A stretch of 64,000 bases of DNA from Octopus vulgaris (taxonomy: Eukaryota). The stretch is from assembly GCA_951406725.2 (NCBI GenBank), contig OX597820.1, positions 17,670,001 to 17,734,000 on the forward strand. The letters run 5' to 3'. Both the position numbers and the translations under genes were made by a program. The notes below the pieces were generated by a model. It was given only the letters and a program-made list of their open reading frames with translations, searched no databases and was not told the origin of the DNA. This document shows positions 13,665 through 25,787 of the stretch, one piece after another (the stretch's first letter is position 1; the number at the start of each line of letters is the position of its first letter).

Positions 13665-13840
13665 ATGTATTTTTTCCTCCATCTTCCTTTTCTCTTGGAC
13701 TTTCCTCTGTCTCCTTTTTCTGGAGAGGAGCGTCTGCTCGAAACTCAAACTAACTCTCTTTCCTCCCCTGAGCGTCTGTTAATACTTTGCACGCACTACG
13801 TCCTCGTGTTGTTGCTTTTTTTCTGTGTTTTGGAGATTAA

Positions 13841-13842
<2 letters not shown>
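13665..13842 (+). mobile_element. Family F copy (diverged)
   Basis: CTGGAGA-G-GAGC-GTCT-GCTC-GAAAC at 13720-13744, TA-flanked. Confidence 0.5.
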
Positions 13843-13919
<77 letters not shown>

Positions 13920-14387
13920 TGTATATATGTATGTATATGTATATATAAATATGAGTGTATGTGCGTATACTTATATATATGTATACGTATGTATATATAT
14001 ACGTGTATGTACAGATGTACGTGTGCACGTATGTATGCATGTATGTATACATGCTTGTATGCACCTATGTATGTATGGGTGTACCTATGTATATACGTAT
14101 GTATATATGTTTGTATGTATGCATGCATGTATGTATTGGTGTCATTACGTTATTTCAAATCTCGCCGGAGCCAAAACTGCTTTTCATTTTCTTAAAATAG
14201 ACCCTAAAATAAATGTTCGATATTATGTTGAAATCGTAGCAATTATATAGCAAATATAAGAAAATAATTCCCTTTACTAATCTCGTGATTTCCAGTTCAA
14301 GTATCTTCTACTATTGCCCCAGGTCGACCAATACGTTGTGAGTCAATTTGGTAAAATATATGGACTCCGGTACTTTTTGAAGAAAAA

Positions 14388-14560
14388 GGAGGAGGAGGAG
14401 GAGGTCGAGAAGACGAAGAAGAAGAAGAAGAAGAAGAAGAAGAAGAAGAAGAAGAAGAAGAAGAAGAAGAAGAAGAAGAAGAAGAAGAAGAAGAAGAAGA
14501 AGGAGAAGAAGAAGAAGAATTTTTATGATAATGATGACAACGACGACGATGATGATGTTG
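14388..14560. repeat. (GGA)/(AAG)n microsatellite followed by (GAT/GAC)n
   Basis: Read directly. Confidence 0.9.
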
Positions 14561-15006
14561 ATGAATGTGGCCCAGTAGATTCATATTTGCTACATATATT
14601 CCAAGATGACGAAATAGTCCGTGTTTTGCTCTTCAAAGGAATTAGTGGATTCTTCTGACACTCCCATTAATTAATGATGGGGAAGACATGAAAACGAAAT
14701 TCACTCTGAAAGAAAACAGACAGACGAGCAAAAAGCGTTAAATGCTTTGTGAGCTAATTGGCAAACACACATACAACTCGTTTTCAGGAATTCCAAAATG
14801 TAACCTCGAATCATAAGAGTTCGAATACATGGCAAACCATTTTTGTGTTTTGCTGTTTAATTAAATTCTTTCTCTTTTATTTTTTTTTACTCCGTCTGTT
14901 GAAAATGTTACTAGGTGTAAATGTGGTTTTGCGCATTGACATAGGTGGTGTATCTGTGTGTGTGTGCATACCTATAATTACATATATATCCTATCTATCT
15001 ATCCTC

Positions 15007-15061
<55 letters not shown>

Positions 15062-15391
15062 CTCTCTCTCTATATATATACATTAGTCGACTGCTGTATC
15101 TAGTTCTGGAAATTGTGTTTTGTAAACGACAGACTATGCTGATGATCTTGCAGATATTTACGTGCTCGTATACGTAAATATTAACAAGTGAAACTAATTA
15201 GTACATAGGTAATCGTTTTTTTATTTCGTTTATTTTCATTTGTCTTGCTTATTTTGACACTTTGATTTTTGGGTGAGTTTTCCTTGAGAACACATTCTTC
15301 CTGGAAAATGGCTATTTGACGTTTATATCTAGCATATAGGCTGTCCACTTTTAGTGGTCAGTCCTCTAAATTTTGTATATATATATCAGTC

Positions 15392-15588
15392 GCCATGATA
15401 GATCGGTAGCCACTACACAAAATTTTTGTCTCTCCTTGTTTCTCTCCTTCTTTCTTTCTGTGTTTCTTTATGTGGAAGAGCGTAGGCTCGAAACGTAAAA
15501 GACTTTTTCCATTTCTGAGCGTTATACTAATACATCTGTTTGTTTTCTACACCACCTGCCTTCGTCTTTTGTTTTCTTCGTGAATTAT

Positions 15589-15592
<4 letters not shown>
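15392..15592 (+). mobile_element. Family F copy
   Basis: GAAGAGCGTAGGCTCGAAACGTAAAAGAC at ~15475-15503 plus the shared downstream CACCTGCCTTCGTCTTTTG; TA-flanked. Confidence 0.6.
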
Positions 15593-15655
<63 letters not shown>

Positions 15656-15673
15656 TATATGTATGTATATATG

Positions 15674-15712
<39 letters not shown>

Positions 15713-16329
15713 ATATGTATGTATGCATGTATATATATATATATACATATACATACACATGCACATGTATGAGTTTGTATTGTGTATATATGTGTGTGTA
15801 TGTATATATGTATGTATGTATTTATATATACTTCGTTTCCAACTGACAATCATAGAAATTTGCTGAAATATATATTTTTTTAATGCAAAAAGTTATTCAC
15901 ATTTTCGCTAATCTAATTAGGAAGGAATTTTGGGAAATTAATTATAAAACGAACATTGCTTTGAGATACGTTTTTACAGTAGAGTTTCATTTCTTGTTTA
16001 CTGTATAATATATTAAAGCAGAATGTAAGTAATGGATTTAAAGCTCAACGTGGCATTTTATAGATTTACCTACAGCCATAATTATATATACTCACGTGAA
16101 CAGAGATGGATATAAGTATGTCTTATATACTTATATACGCATTTAAGGAAACCATATAATATGCAACGCACGCTTATGTATGGTTGTATTTTTATGCGTG
16201 TGTGTGTGTAAGTGTATACAAACGTGCGTACATATGTTCATATATACTCATACACACATACATATAAACATATAAAATTGATTTAAATCACTAGTTAACC
16301 TTCGAAGTCACTGTCAGTCTTCTCCTGAT

Positions 16330-16731
16330 ATATATAGGAGTGGCTGTGTGGTAAGTAGCTTGCTTACCAACCACATGATTCTGGGTTCAGTCCCATTGCG
16401 TGGCACCTTGGGCAAGTGTCTTCTACTATAGCCTCGGGCCGACCAAAGCCTTGTGAGTGGATTTGGTAGACGGAAACTGAAAAGAAGCCCGTTGTATATA
16501 TGTATATATATATATATAAGTGTGTGTGTGTGTGTCTGTTTGTCCCCCCAACATCGCTTGACAACCGATGCTGTTGGGCTTACGTCCCCGTATCTTAGCG
16601 GTTCGGCCAAAGAACCGATAGAATAAGTACTAGGCTTTCAAAGAATAAATCCTGGGGTCGATTTGCTCGACTAAAGTCGGTACTCCAGCATGGCCACAGT
16701 CAAATGACTGAACAAATAAAAGAGTAAAAGA

Positions 16732-16732
<1 letters not shown>
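16330..16732 (+). mobile_element. SINE family A
   Basis: Full head-to-tail homology with 6541-6950. Confidence 0.9.
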
Positions 16733-16785
<53 letters not shown>

Positions 16786-16823
16786 AGATAAAGTGAGAGA
16801 AAGAGAGAGAGAGATACACACAT

Positions 16824-17290
16824 ACATATATTGTTATATTTCGGGACGGTCACTTTTTTTTCATGAGAAATAAACATGAACTCTATATATTCGTTCTTCA
16901 CTCGTTTATTATTTTTCTTATTTCATCTTACGTCCATTGTCCGGAAATCTTTTGTCACACACCTGTGACCTCTTCAGCGGGTCTTTCATCCTACGTGTTT
17001 CCTCCTGTTCCGTTTAGTCCATTCTGTTCTTTCATGATATGTATCCTTATCTGCGCGTGCGTTCGCGCAGATAAGGATACATACCATAGAAAGAGGAGAC
17101 ACGTGCGATGAAAGAGTCGCTAAAGAGATCACAGGCGTAAGACGAAGATTTCCACACAATGGACATAGAATAAAATAATAACAATGATAAACGAATGAAG
17201 AAGAAATATGTAGTACGTGTGTTTGTTTGACAAGAAAGAAATGACCGTCCCAAAATATAACAATATATGTTTCAACACACGATTTCACAT
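16824..17290. mobile_element. Family G: palindromic element with hammerhead-like motifs (Penelope-like inverted pLTR arrangement)
   Basis: Terminal inverted repeat 16824-16852/17242-17270; perfect 20-bp central hairpin 17038-17083; hammerhead-like motif at 16941-16980 (-) with a decayed mirror at 17117-17154 (+). Confidence 0.65.
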
Positions 17291-17617
17291 TAGGAATCTA
17301 TGAGGAATCTTACAAACCAAATTCATAAACGCAACATATATACATACATACGTACGTAGGTATATATGTATGTATGTACACACATATACACACACACACA
17401 CTTGTTAGTACATATATACACAGGTATGTTATTTAGTTCTGTTTGTAGATTTATTGCCAACGGAAAAATGATTCAGTTTCTAACCTACATCCAATGCTCT
17501 TTCATTAGAATTTCAGCAACACCAATAGGTTTGTTGTTAATGTATATGTGTATATATGAAAGAATTTGGTTTCAGTGCATATACAGATCCGTCTGTTTTG
17601 TTGTAGATATATAATAT

Positions 17618-17906
17618 ATATATAAATTAGAGAAAAACCACTATTATGTAATTCAAACAATGGTAGATATAAACCATATCATATAGAAAAAATATAATAT
17701 ATTATAAAACATATTTAGATCACAAAAAATGCGAAAAGATGAATAAACATTATATAATAAGTAAAAAGACTTGGTTTATGTCTATCATTGTTTGAATTAC
17801 ATAATAGTGGTTTTTCTCTAATTTATATATATTATATATTTATATTGTGAAATTTGATTTAATACTAAATTGAATTTTTCCCCTGTAAGTTTGGAGTTAT
17901 ACATCC

Positions 17907-17915
<9 letters not shown>
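17618..17915. repeat. Family H inverted-repeat element
   Basis: ~58-bp inverted repeat 17618-17676/17772-17830; related sequence at 45790-45915 and 49117-49205, all beside (TA)n. Confidence 0.6.
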
Positions 17916-17982
<67 letters not shown>

Positions 17983-18791
17983 TTGTATACTGTCAACCCA
18001 ACGTGACAGCAAGGGAATTACACCACCGCTGTTTAGCCCTAGGAAGCATCGACGCTTCCTGTCGGCCTCGACACATTTCCTGTGTCCTTATATATTTACG
18101 AAGGAGAGACAAATACCCCCAACAGCTAGGCCTGCATCTAGAGACACGCATGTTTCAGGGTCTTATAAATATAGCTGCACGTCTAGACATGTGTAAATTC
18201 ATTTATATGCTAAATTTTTAGAAAGTTATGCGTATTTTGTTAGTAATATTGATGGCTTGTACCTGTGGTTGGCGTACCCTTTCTGGTTTTGGGAATCATA
18301 ATTTCTCAATATTCGTACTGAGGCAGTTTAAATTATGTATAAGGCTTTAACTCGAAGGAAATAATTCTATAAATAATAGCATTTAGATTAATGAGTTCAG
18401 AAATCCCTTGGGTTAAAAAAATGCCGTTCCCACCAAGGAATTTTTTTTAGACATTACTCTCCATAATTTTATAGATATATTTATTTCAAATTCTACCGTT
18501 AAGAGTAATTTACTTTAGACTCAGCAGAAATTCTGTAACATAACCAACGAGAAAACATGACAATTTATTCTAAGAAAAAACAAAAATATGAAAATAAACT
18601 TAGAGCCTAAAATGAAATTTATTTATAAGTTTCTAAATGCTTGTAATATATATATATAATTATGCGTGTATATATGCATGCATGCAGGCATATATTGTTG
18701 TATAGTAAAACTGTATAGCTCTCCCAATAAAAAGTGGTAGGAGTTAGCCATTATAAATAGACCAGTAGCTGGTCGTCAAGAGAGAGTTAAG

Positions 18792-18850
<59 letters not shown>

Positions 18851-18860
<10 letters not shown>

Positions 18861-19150
18861 ATTTAGGAATGGTCATATTGCCAGTTTAGCCAATAAAAAC
18901 ACACACACTATATATTTGGTGTTATTTCGCTTCAGTTTTATTTATTTTTTACATTAATCTTAATCTTATTTCGGCCAGAGTTCTTTCGTCACACCCCTGT
19001 GACCGCATCAGTGGTCCTTTGTTTTCTTCTTTCTTATTTGTGTCTCTCCTTACTAACCGTCAGCCATTTTGTATTCATTTTATTGGCTAAACTGGCAATA
19101 TGACCATTCCTAAATACAACAATATCTGTTTCAACACACGATTTCACATA
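18851..19150. mobile_element. Family G, second copy
   Basis: Perfect 48-bp inverted repeat 18851-18898/19078-19125; hammerhead-like motif 18975-19014 (-); same TGTTTCAACACACGATTTCACA extension as at 17268. Confidence 0.65.
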
Positions 19151-19181
19151 AAAATCTTGCACAACAAATATCTAAACGTAC

Positions 19182-19255
<74 letters not shown>

Positions 19256-19256
19256 T

Positions 19257-19411
19257 ACGACAGGCTTCTTTCAGTTTCCGTCTACGAAATCCACTCACAA
19301 GGCTTTGGCAGGCCCAAGGCTATAGTGGAAGACACTTGCCCAAGGTACCATGCAGTGGGACTGAACCCGGAACTATGTGGTTGGTTAGCAAGCTACTTAA
19401 CACACAGCCAC
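19257..19411 (-). mobile_element. SINE family A, 5' half
   Basis: Head and body homology. Confidence 0.8.
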
Positions 19412-19742
19412 GGAACGAATTTACACATGGTACAAAAAATGCAGAAAACTAAGAAAAGAGGACAAATTATTTCAGGTCTGATAGCTGTCTGAAGAAGTGT
19501 ACGTAGACTTTGCTACCGTCTTTCATATAAATGTCGTCTCTGGGCTTTTTCTAAACAATTCTATGAAAGTACAAGCAACACAGCTGGTGACAGGACAGAT
19601 ACGAGGAACGAGGCCGGTAAAGCAATGAACAACGCAAGTTCAAATGACTTCAGTGGAGTAATTGATGGAGTTTAATCGGAGCGCAAAACACATAGGATGT
19701 GACTGTGGTTGAAGCAACGACTGAAAACAAGGATCAAATGTA

Positions 19743-20644
19743 CATTAATGCTTCGATATACGAATTAATTTGTTCCTGGAGACCGCTCGTAAAGCGAAAA
19801 CTCGTAAAGCAGATCAATACTTTCTAATAGTATCAATGTTATAAATTGTAATTCGTCCGCAGAAAATATTTTACCTGTAAAATTTATAATACTCATAAAT
19901 AACCGCCAATAAAACGGCAGTAAAATTGTAAAGAGTATTTGTTTTTATTTATGCGCTGTTTTCAAGCCTAGCCAGGCTCATGGGCCCGGTTTCCGGTTTC
20001 TGTGGCGTATGTGTTCTCCCCAGCTTGACGAGACTACAGTTCATCACAGCGTTACTCAAGAAACAGGAAGAGAAAGTGAGAGAGAGTTGGGGCGAAGGAG
20101 TACAACAGGGGTCGCCACCACCCGCTGCCGGAGCCTCTTGGAGCTTTAGATGTTTTCGCTCAATTAACACACACAACGCCCTGTCTGGGAATCGAAACCG
20201 CGATCCTCCGACCGCGTGTCCGCTGCCCTAACTACTGGGCCATTGCACCTCCACAAAGAGTATTTTATGAAAAGTAAACAGAATGTCAAGATCATTTATA
20301 ATACAAAATATTATTATTATTATCATCGTTTGCTGAATGAATTTCACTCGCACTAGACTTGAGCATACCGTCACTTGTAGACGCGATCGCCGATTCACAA
20401 GCACTCGTGGACGGACTTGTAGATTTCTTTTTAAGAAAACAAGTCCAGATTTGTTTGGTTAGAAGGAGCTTTTTTTCGCTCTCTATAAATTTCTCGGTAA
20501 CAGGCAGAAGCATTTGCTATAGCAGTAGAAACTTTTGCACTTCGTTCAAGATTTGGATCTTGTGCTTGAAACATTTATCATAAAATATAACTCTTAAATC
20601 TGGGATCTCATAAAGCAGCTCCTCATAAAGTAAAGTATAACTGT
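19743..20644. mobile_element. Decayed Tigger/pogo-like DNA transposon interrupted by a SINE B
   Basis: TA-flanked degenerate termini with repeated CTCGTAAAGC/CTCATAAAG subterminal motifs; a minus-strand peptide (EKKLLLTKQIWTCFLKKKSTSPSTS) loosely resembles pogo-type transposase C-termini. Confidence 0.4.
19950..20254 (-). mobile_element. SINE family B, tail type 2
   Basis: B head and body; tail CCGGGCCCATGAGCCTGGCTAGGCTTGAAAA; apparent target-site duplication AAAGAGTATTT on both sides. Confidence 0.85.
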
Positions 20645-21409
20645 AATTGTGGAGAGATGCAATGATGCTTTAGTGGCAACCACGGAGTAAATGGGTAAGA
20701 ATCTAGTCGAAGAGACGATATAACATACAAAGTATAGGAGGCTCAGTGTAGTAAAGAACGGAGATTCCCGAAATTTGGGGTAGTATAATTATAGAGATAT
20801 AATTTTGCGGTAGCTAGAAGTTTTTCTTACCCTGTGGTAATGATGTATCAAGACGAAAAAATGCATTCATAACAAAAGACAACAAAATCTATAACGTAAA
20901 TATTTTTACGCAACAATGAATGGAGAGGGAAGAGTTTGACATTTCGAACAATTATCCTTCGTAGGAAACATTAATACTGAAAAGAAGTGAGAGAAACAAA
21001 ATGTTGCCTCGTCTCAATCTAGCGTTTTAAGCGGATATCATAGAAGGTTGCAGAATGATGTTTAGACAAAAAAAAAACGAGTAAAAGAAGTTAACATAAG
21101 CGGGATGCGTATTTCTGTGTGTGTGTGGAGTCTAAGTGCATGTGACTATTTTGTGTGAATGTGCATCGCAGTGTGAGAAGGACATATAGAAATGCGTTAT
21201 ATTGTTAATCACTGCTAGCATACAGTATGTTTTGCAAACAAGTGGTGTGTTACTGTTTGTGTATTATAACGACACTAGCTAACCACCTGCCGTAGCATTT
21301 TATATATAAAGTACACCTGTTCACACACTACCCATGATTCTATACTAACCATTTCTACAATATATATATACTATACTGGATCGACTTTCTTCCCCTTTTA
21401 TTTCTAGTC

Positions 21410-21452
21410 ATTAATGTATCCGACGAAAGACAAATGTCCGAAACGTTAAGCT
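21410..21452 (+). ncRNA. Minimal hammerhead-like motif (U4C core variant)
   Basis: CCGACGA-A-AGACA-AA-TGTCC-GAAAC-GTT; inverted homologue at 20933-20975. Confidence 0.4.
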
Positions 21453-22234
21453 TTTTATAAATCTTCTTCTATAGCTTGAAAACATTTATCTAATATTCTT
21501 GTTCACTTCGTAATTTTGTTTCGGTTTGGTTCGTTGTTTGTCTTCAAAAAGTATTTTTGAATATTGATATTTACATCCAAACTGAATAAATTTTCTAGTT
21601 CGGATGTAATAGTAAGTATGTGTGTGAGTGTGGATGTGTGGATGTTCCAAGTTCTCGGCCATACATTTGCACTTAGTTAACTGCAAGTTTGCGTAGGGGC
21701 TCACATTTTTAAGAAGAATGGCAAAAATGCTATGTTGCTGTTTCTCTTATACGCTCTATATTCTTCGGAAAAAACTTGGAATATTCAATACCCCGAAGCA
21801 CTCCAATAATCATTGGAAAATTTATTGATTACAAAATTAATTCATTTTAAATAATTATGAAAATTAACCAATTTTGAGGCAATGAGGAGAAAATGTTTTC
21901 CCGGAAAATGGAAAAGTGTTAGAGCAAAATTTTATTTTACGTTCTACGTTTATTTTTATATTTTTGTATAATTGAAACGTTTTCTGGATGGTTTCGACGC
22001 AAGATTTTTGCTGAATCATCATACCTGTATCAACAAATATTTTCGGCGTTTTTGTAAAGTAATTTATTGAAAGTTTAGTTAATTCGTGTGTTTGTATTTA
22101 TAGATAGAGAGTAGGCTCGAAACGTCAAAAACTCTTCCATTTTTCCTGAGCCTCAAACTAATACACCTTATTTGTTATTCCTTCCCCTGTCTCAGTCTTT
22201 TGTTTTCAGGGGTATATTTTGTACAATTTTGAAC

Positions 22235-22273
<39 letters not shown>

Positions 22274-22575
22274 TGTATTTTTTTATTGTATTTATATTTG
22301 TGTAATGTTGTCCGTCCATGTTTTTGTATACATTCGCTGCTTTCTTCCAAGGAATCTAATGCTCTTAACTTAGTTTTTTTTTCTTGGGGCTGGTCAGATT
22401 GGAGCAATCTCAAGAATAATCAGCCGAAATTTCGAGGATAATCTGGTGCTTGAGTGAAGAAAGAAAACTTCGAATGACCCGTCCTTGTTTTCTTTGTATC
22501 GTCTAGCTTGATGTTTTGTTATCCCTTTTTGTATCACCTAGATGTCCTGATGTTTTGCGTTCTTGTCCCATTTTG

Positions 22576-22617
<42 letters not shown>

Positions 22618-23469
22618 GTAAATGTAGAACGATGGAATGAGTTCTCAACACTGCATCGGTGGATTAATAATTTCTTTATTTGTGAAATAAGGCTACCATT
22701 GGTTTCATGTTCATAAGAATAGGAAAATATCCAGGTACCTTAACAAAGTTTTCAAGCCGATCACATAGAGATAGGTGTTCGCCTCCATGCATACACACAC
22801 ACGTATTTATATATATGCATATACATATACATACATACATGCATATATCATATGTGTATGCATACATACTTACACTCATATAATTCCCATAGAGGAATTG
22901 AACCTCGAATCTACTGTAAATCATACAACAGAAGTGTATGTGTGTGTATGAGTTGATGGGTGGGTATGTGTTTTTTGATGCGTCTGTATGTTTGTTTGTT
23001 TGTTGCTGGATGTGTCTGTGTTTGTTGATGTGTGTGTGTGGTTGTGTGTGTCAGTGTGTGTGTGGGGGTGTTGGTACAGCAGTATTTTCTCAGACCTAAA
23101 ATGTCTGTGAGTTGACATAAGTCTGCCACACTCACCAGTGAGTCTCGTATAATTATTTCAACGTTGCTGGAGAGTCACGCTTGAGTAACCCCCAGCCTCA
23201 CGCAAGATTTACGCCTGAAGAAATATTCTATTTTACCAACACACAATTTAATTACAACAGATTCTACATGTACGTACTTGTAACACTGGTGTCCGTCAAA
23301 TGCGTTGCGTGTTTTCACAAATGCCGACGCAAATACTTTATATCTATTTATCTTGTGGATCTCCGTCACTTGAGATGCACCTCAGTATTTACCAGCCTTG
23401 CTATTCTTCTTTGATTTTAAACCAGCAGATGGATGGTGCATTAGCAGAATCGTTAGGCATCCCTTTATT

Positions 23470-24069
23470 CTTATTTCTTTACTGCCCACAAGGGGGCTAC
23501 ACACAAAGGGGACAAACAAGGACAGACAAATGGATTAAGTCAAGTATATCGACCCCAGTGCGTAATTGCTACTTAATTTATCGACCCCGAAAGGATGAAA
23601 GGCAAAGTCGACCTCGGTGGAATTTGAACTCAGAACGTAGCGGCAGACGAAATACCTATTTCTTTACTACCCACAAGGGGCTAAACACAGAGAGGACAAA
23701 CAATGGCAGACAAACGGATTAAGCCGATTACATCGACCCCAGTGCGTAGCTGGTACTTAATTTATCGATCCCAACAGGATGAAAGGCAAAGTCGACCTCG
23801 GCGGAATTTGAACTCAGAACGTAATAGCAGACGAAATACCTATTTTTATTTCTTTACTACCCACAAGGGGCTAAACACAGAGAGGACAAACAAGGACAAA
23901 CAAACGGATGAAGTCGATTATATCGACCCAATGCGTAATTGCTACTTATTTAATCGACCTCGAAAGGATGAAAAACAAAGTCGAACTTGGCGGAATTTGA
24001 ACTCAGAACGTAGCGACAGACGAAAAAGCATTTCGCCTGGCGTGCTAACGTTTCTGCCAGCTCGCCGCC
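23470..24069 (-). mobile_element. SINE family C trimer
   Basis: Three ~185-bp units, only the 5'-most with the full head GGCGGCGAGCTGGCAGAAACGTTAGC; one target-site duplication CCTTTATTCTT around the whole array. Confidence 0.85.
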
Positions 24070-24111
24070 TTTATTCTTTTATATATTTCACACCAAAAGT
24101 TGTAGCTATGT

Positions 24112-24320
24112 AGGGGCACCGCCATTATCATTACATTTTCAATGGGCCTTCTTATTTGATTGGCTTTTGATGAATGAGGGACTTTGATATTGTTGCCCTA
24201 ATTTGGCTTTCTTGGCGTGATATAGGCTCATCTGGAATCTTGGAAAACAGAATAGCAAGGTTCTTCTTGAATACATCTTCCTCATTTAAACCAGTCTGCA
24301 TCTTTTTTGCTTTGGAGAGT
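24112..24320 (-). mobile_element. Older CR1/L2-type LINE 3' fragment
   Basis: Peptide DVFKKNLAILFSKIPDEPISRQESQIRATISKSLIHQ is homologous to the 6185-6527 copy; GGCGGTGCCCC tail remnant. Confidence 0.6.
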
Positions 24321-24488
24321 TTCTGTCTACCGAATCCACGCACAATCCTTTAGTCCCGCGAGGTTTAAAAAGGAGTCACTTGCTCAACTTGCTACGCAGT
24401 GGGACTGAACCATAAGACCAGGCGGTTGGAAAGAAAACTTCTTACCATACAACCACGCCTGTAAGCATATGTGTGTATGCATATATGC

Positions 24489-24548
<60 letters not shown>

Positions 24549-24563
24549 ACATGTGTGTGTGTG

Positions 24564-24606
<43 letters not shown>

Positions 24607-24636
24607 ATATATACATCTATATATATATATATACAT

Positions 24637-24800
24637 TTAAAGGAATTTACAGAAAAATAAAAGACGAAGACAGATGTATAAACAACAAACAGGTGTATTA
24701 GTTTGACGCTTCGGAAGGTGAGAAAGTCTTTTACGTTTCGAGCCTATGCTCTTCAGCAGAAAAGGAACACGAGGAAATAAACAAAAAGAGAATAAATAAG
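24637..24800 (-). mobile_element. Family F copy
   Basis: Reverse complement of 24726-24764 = CTTTT-CTGCTGA-A-GAGC-ATAG-GCTC-GAAAC-GTA-AAAGAC. Confidence 0.6.
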
Positions 24801-24887
24801 AGGGAATAAAACTCTTTTGGAATTAGCTGTCAATCAAGGTGACTGTGTGTATGCGCGCGTGTGTGTGGGTGTGTTTGTGTGTGTGTT

Positions 24888-24924
<37 letters not shown>

Positions 24925-25044
24925 ACGCGCGCGCGCGTGAGTGTGTGTACGTATATATTTCTATGTGACAATTGGCAATACAAATTTTTTTTTTGTATTA
25001 CTAAAACAAAGATAGTTTCTTATATATTATATCACATTATGTTT

Positions 25045-25342
25045 GTTCCTTCTCGAGCCACCCCTGGCTCATAAGGGCCGGTTTCCCGATTTCTTTGGCG
25101 TATAGGTTCCCCACTCGGACGGGACCCCGATCCGTCGCAGGTGAGCTGCAAGATGCAGGAGGAAAGAGTGAGAGAAAGTTGTGGCGAAAGAGTCAGCAGA
25201 AGTTCGCCATTACCTTCTGCCGGAGCCGCATGGAGCTTAGGTGTTTCGCTCATAAACACACGCATCACCCGGTCTGAGATTTGAACCCGTGATTCCTCGA
25301 CCGCGAATCCTCTGCTCTAACCACTAGGCCATGTGCCTCCAC
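25045..25342 (-). mobile_element. SINE family B variant, tail type 2-like
   Basis: Diverged B head and body; tail GAAACCGGCCCTTATGAGCCAGGGGTGGCTCGAGAAGG. Confidence 0.75.
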
Positions 25343-25372
25343 ATATTAAATTATATATCACATTATATATAT

Positions 25373-25787
25373 ATTTCTTTATTACCCACAAGGGGCTAAA
25401 CATAGAGGGTGCAAACAAGGACAGACAAAGGGATTCAGTCGATTACATCGATCCACAGTGCGTAACTGGTACTTAATTTATAGACCTCGAAAGGATGAAA
25501 GGCAAAGTCGACCTCGGCGGAATTTGAACTCAGAACGTTACGGCAGACGAAATACCAATTTCTTTACTACCCACAAGGGGCTAAACACAGAGGGGAGAAA
25601 CAAGGACAGACAAAGGGATTCAGTCGATTACATCGACCCCAGTGCGTAACTGGTACTTAATTTATCGACCCAGAAAGAATGAAAGGCAAAGTCGACCTCG
25701 GCGGAATTTGAACTCAGAACGTAACGGTAGACGAAATATGGCTACGCGTTTCGCCCGGCGTGCTAACGTTTCTGCCAGCTCGCCGCC
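25373..25787 (-). mobile_element. SINE family C dimer
   Basis: Two units; one target-site duplication TATATCACATTATA flanks the dimer. Confidence 0.85.

Noticed and set aside
15128-15152. DYADDLA reverse-transcriptase-like motif
   Set aside because: Only seven residues with no supporting flanking RT sequence; at most a tiny LINE relic
23300-24113. Repeated peptide RNWYLIYRPRKDERQSRPRRNLNSER, and a possible CRISPR-like array
   Set aside because: Antisense translation of SINE C units; no unique spacers or cas genes, and the context is eukaryotic
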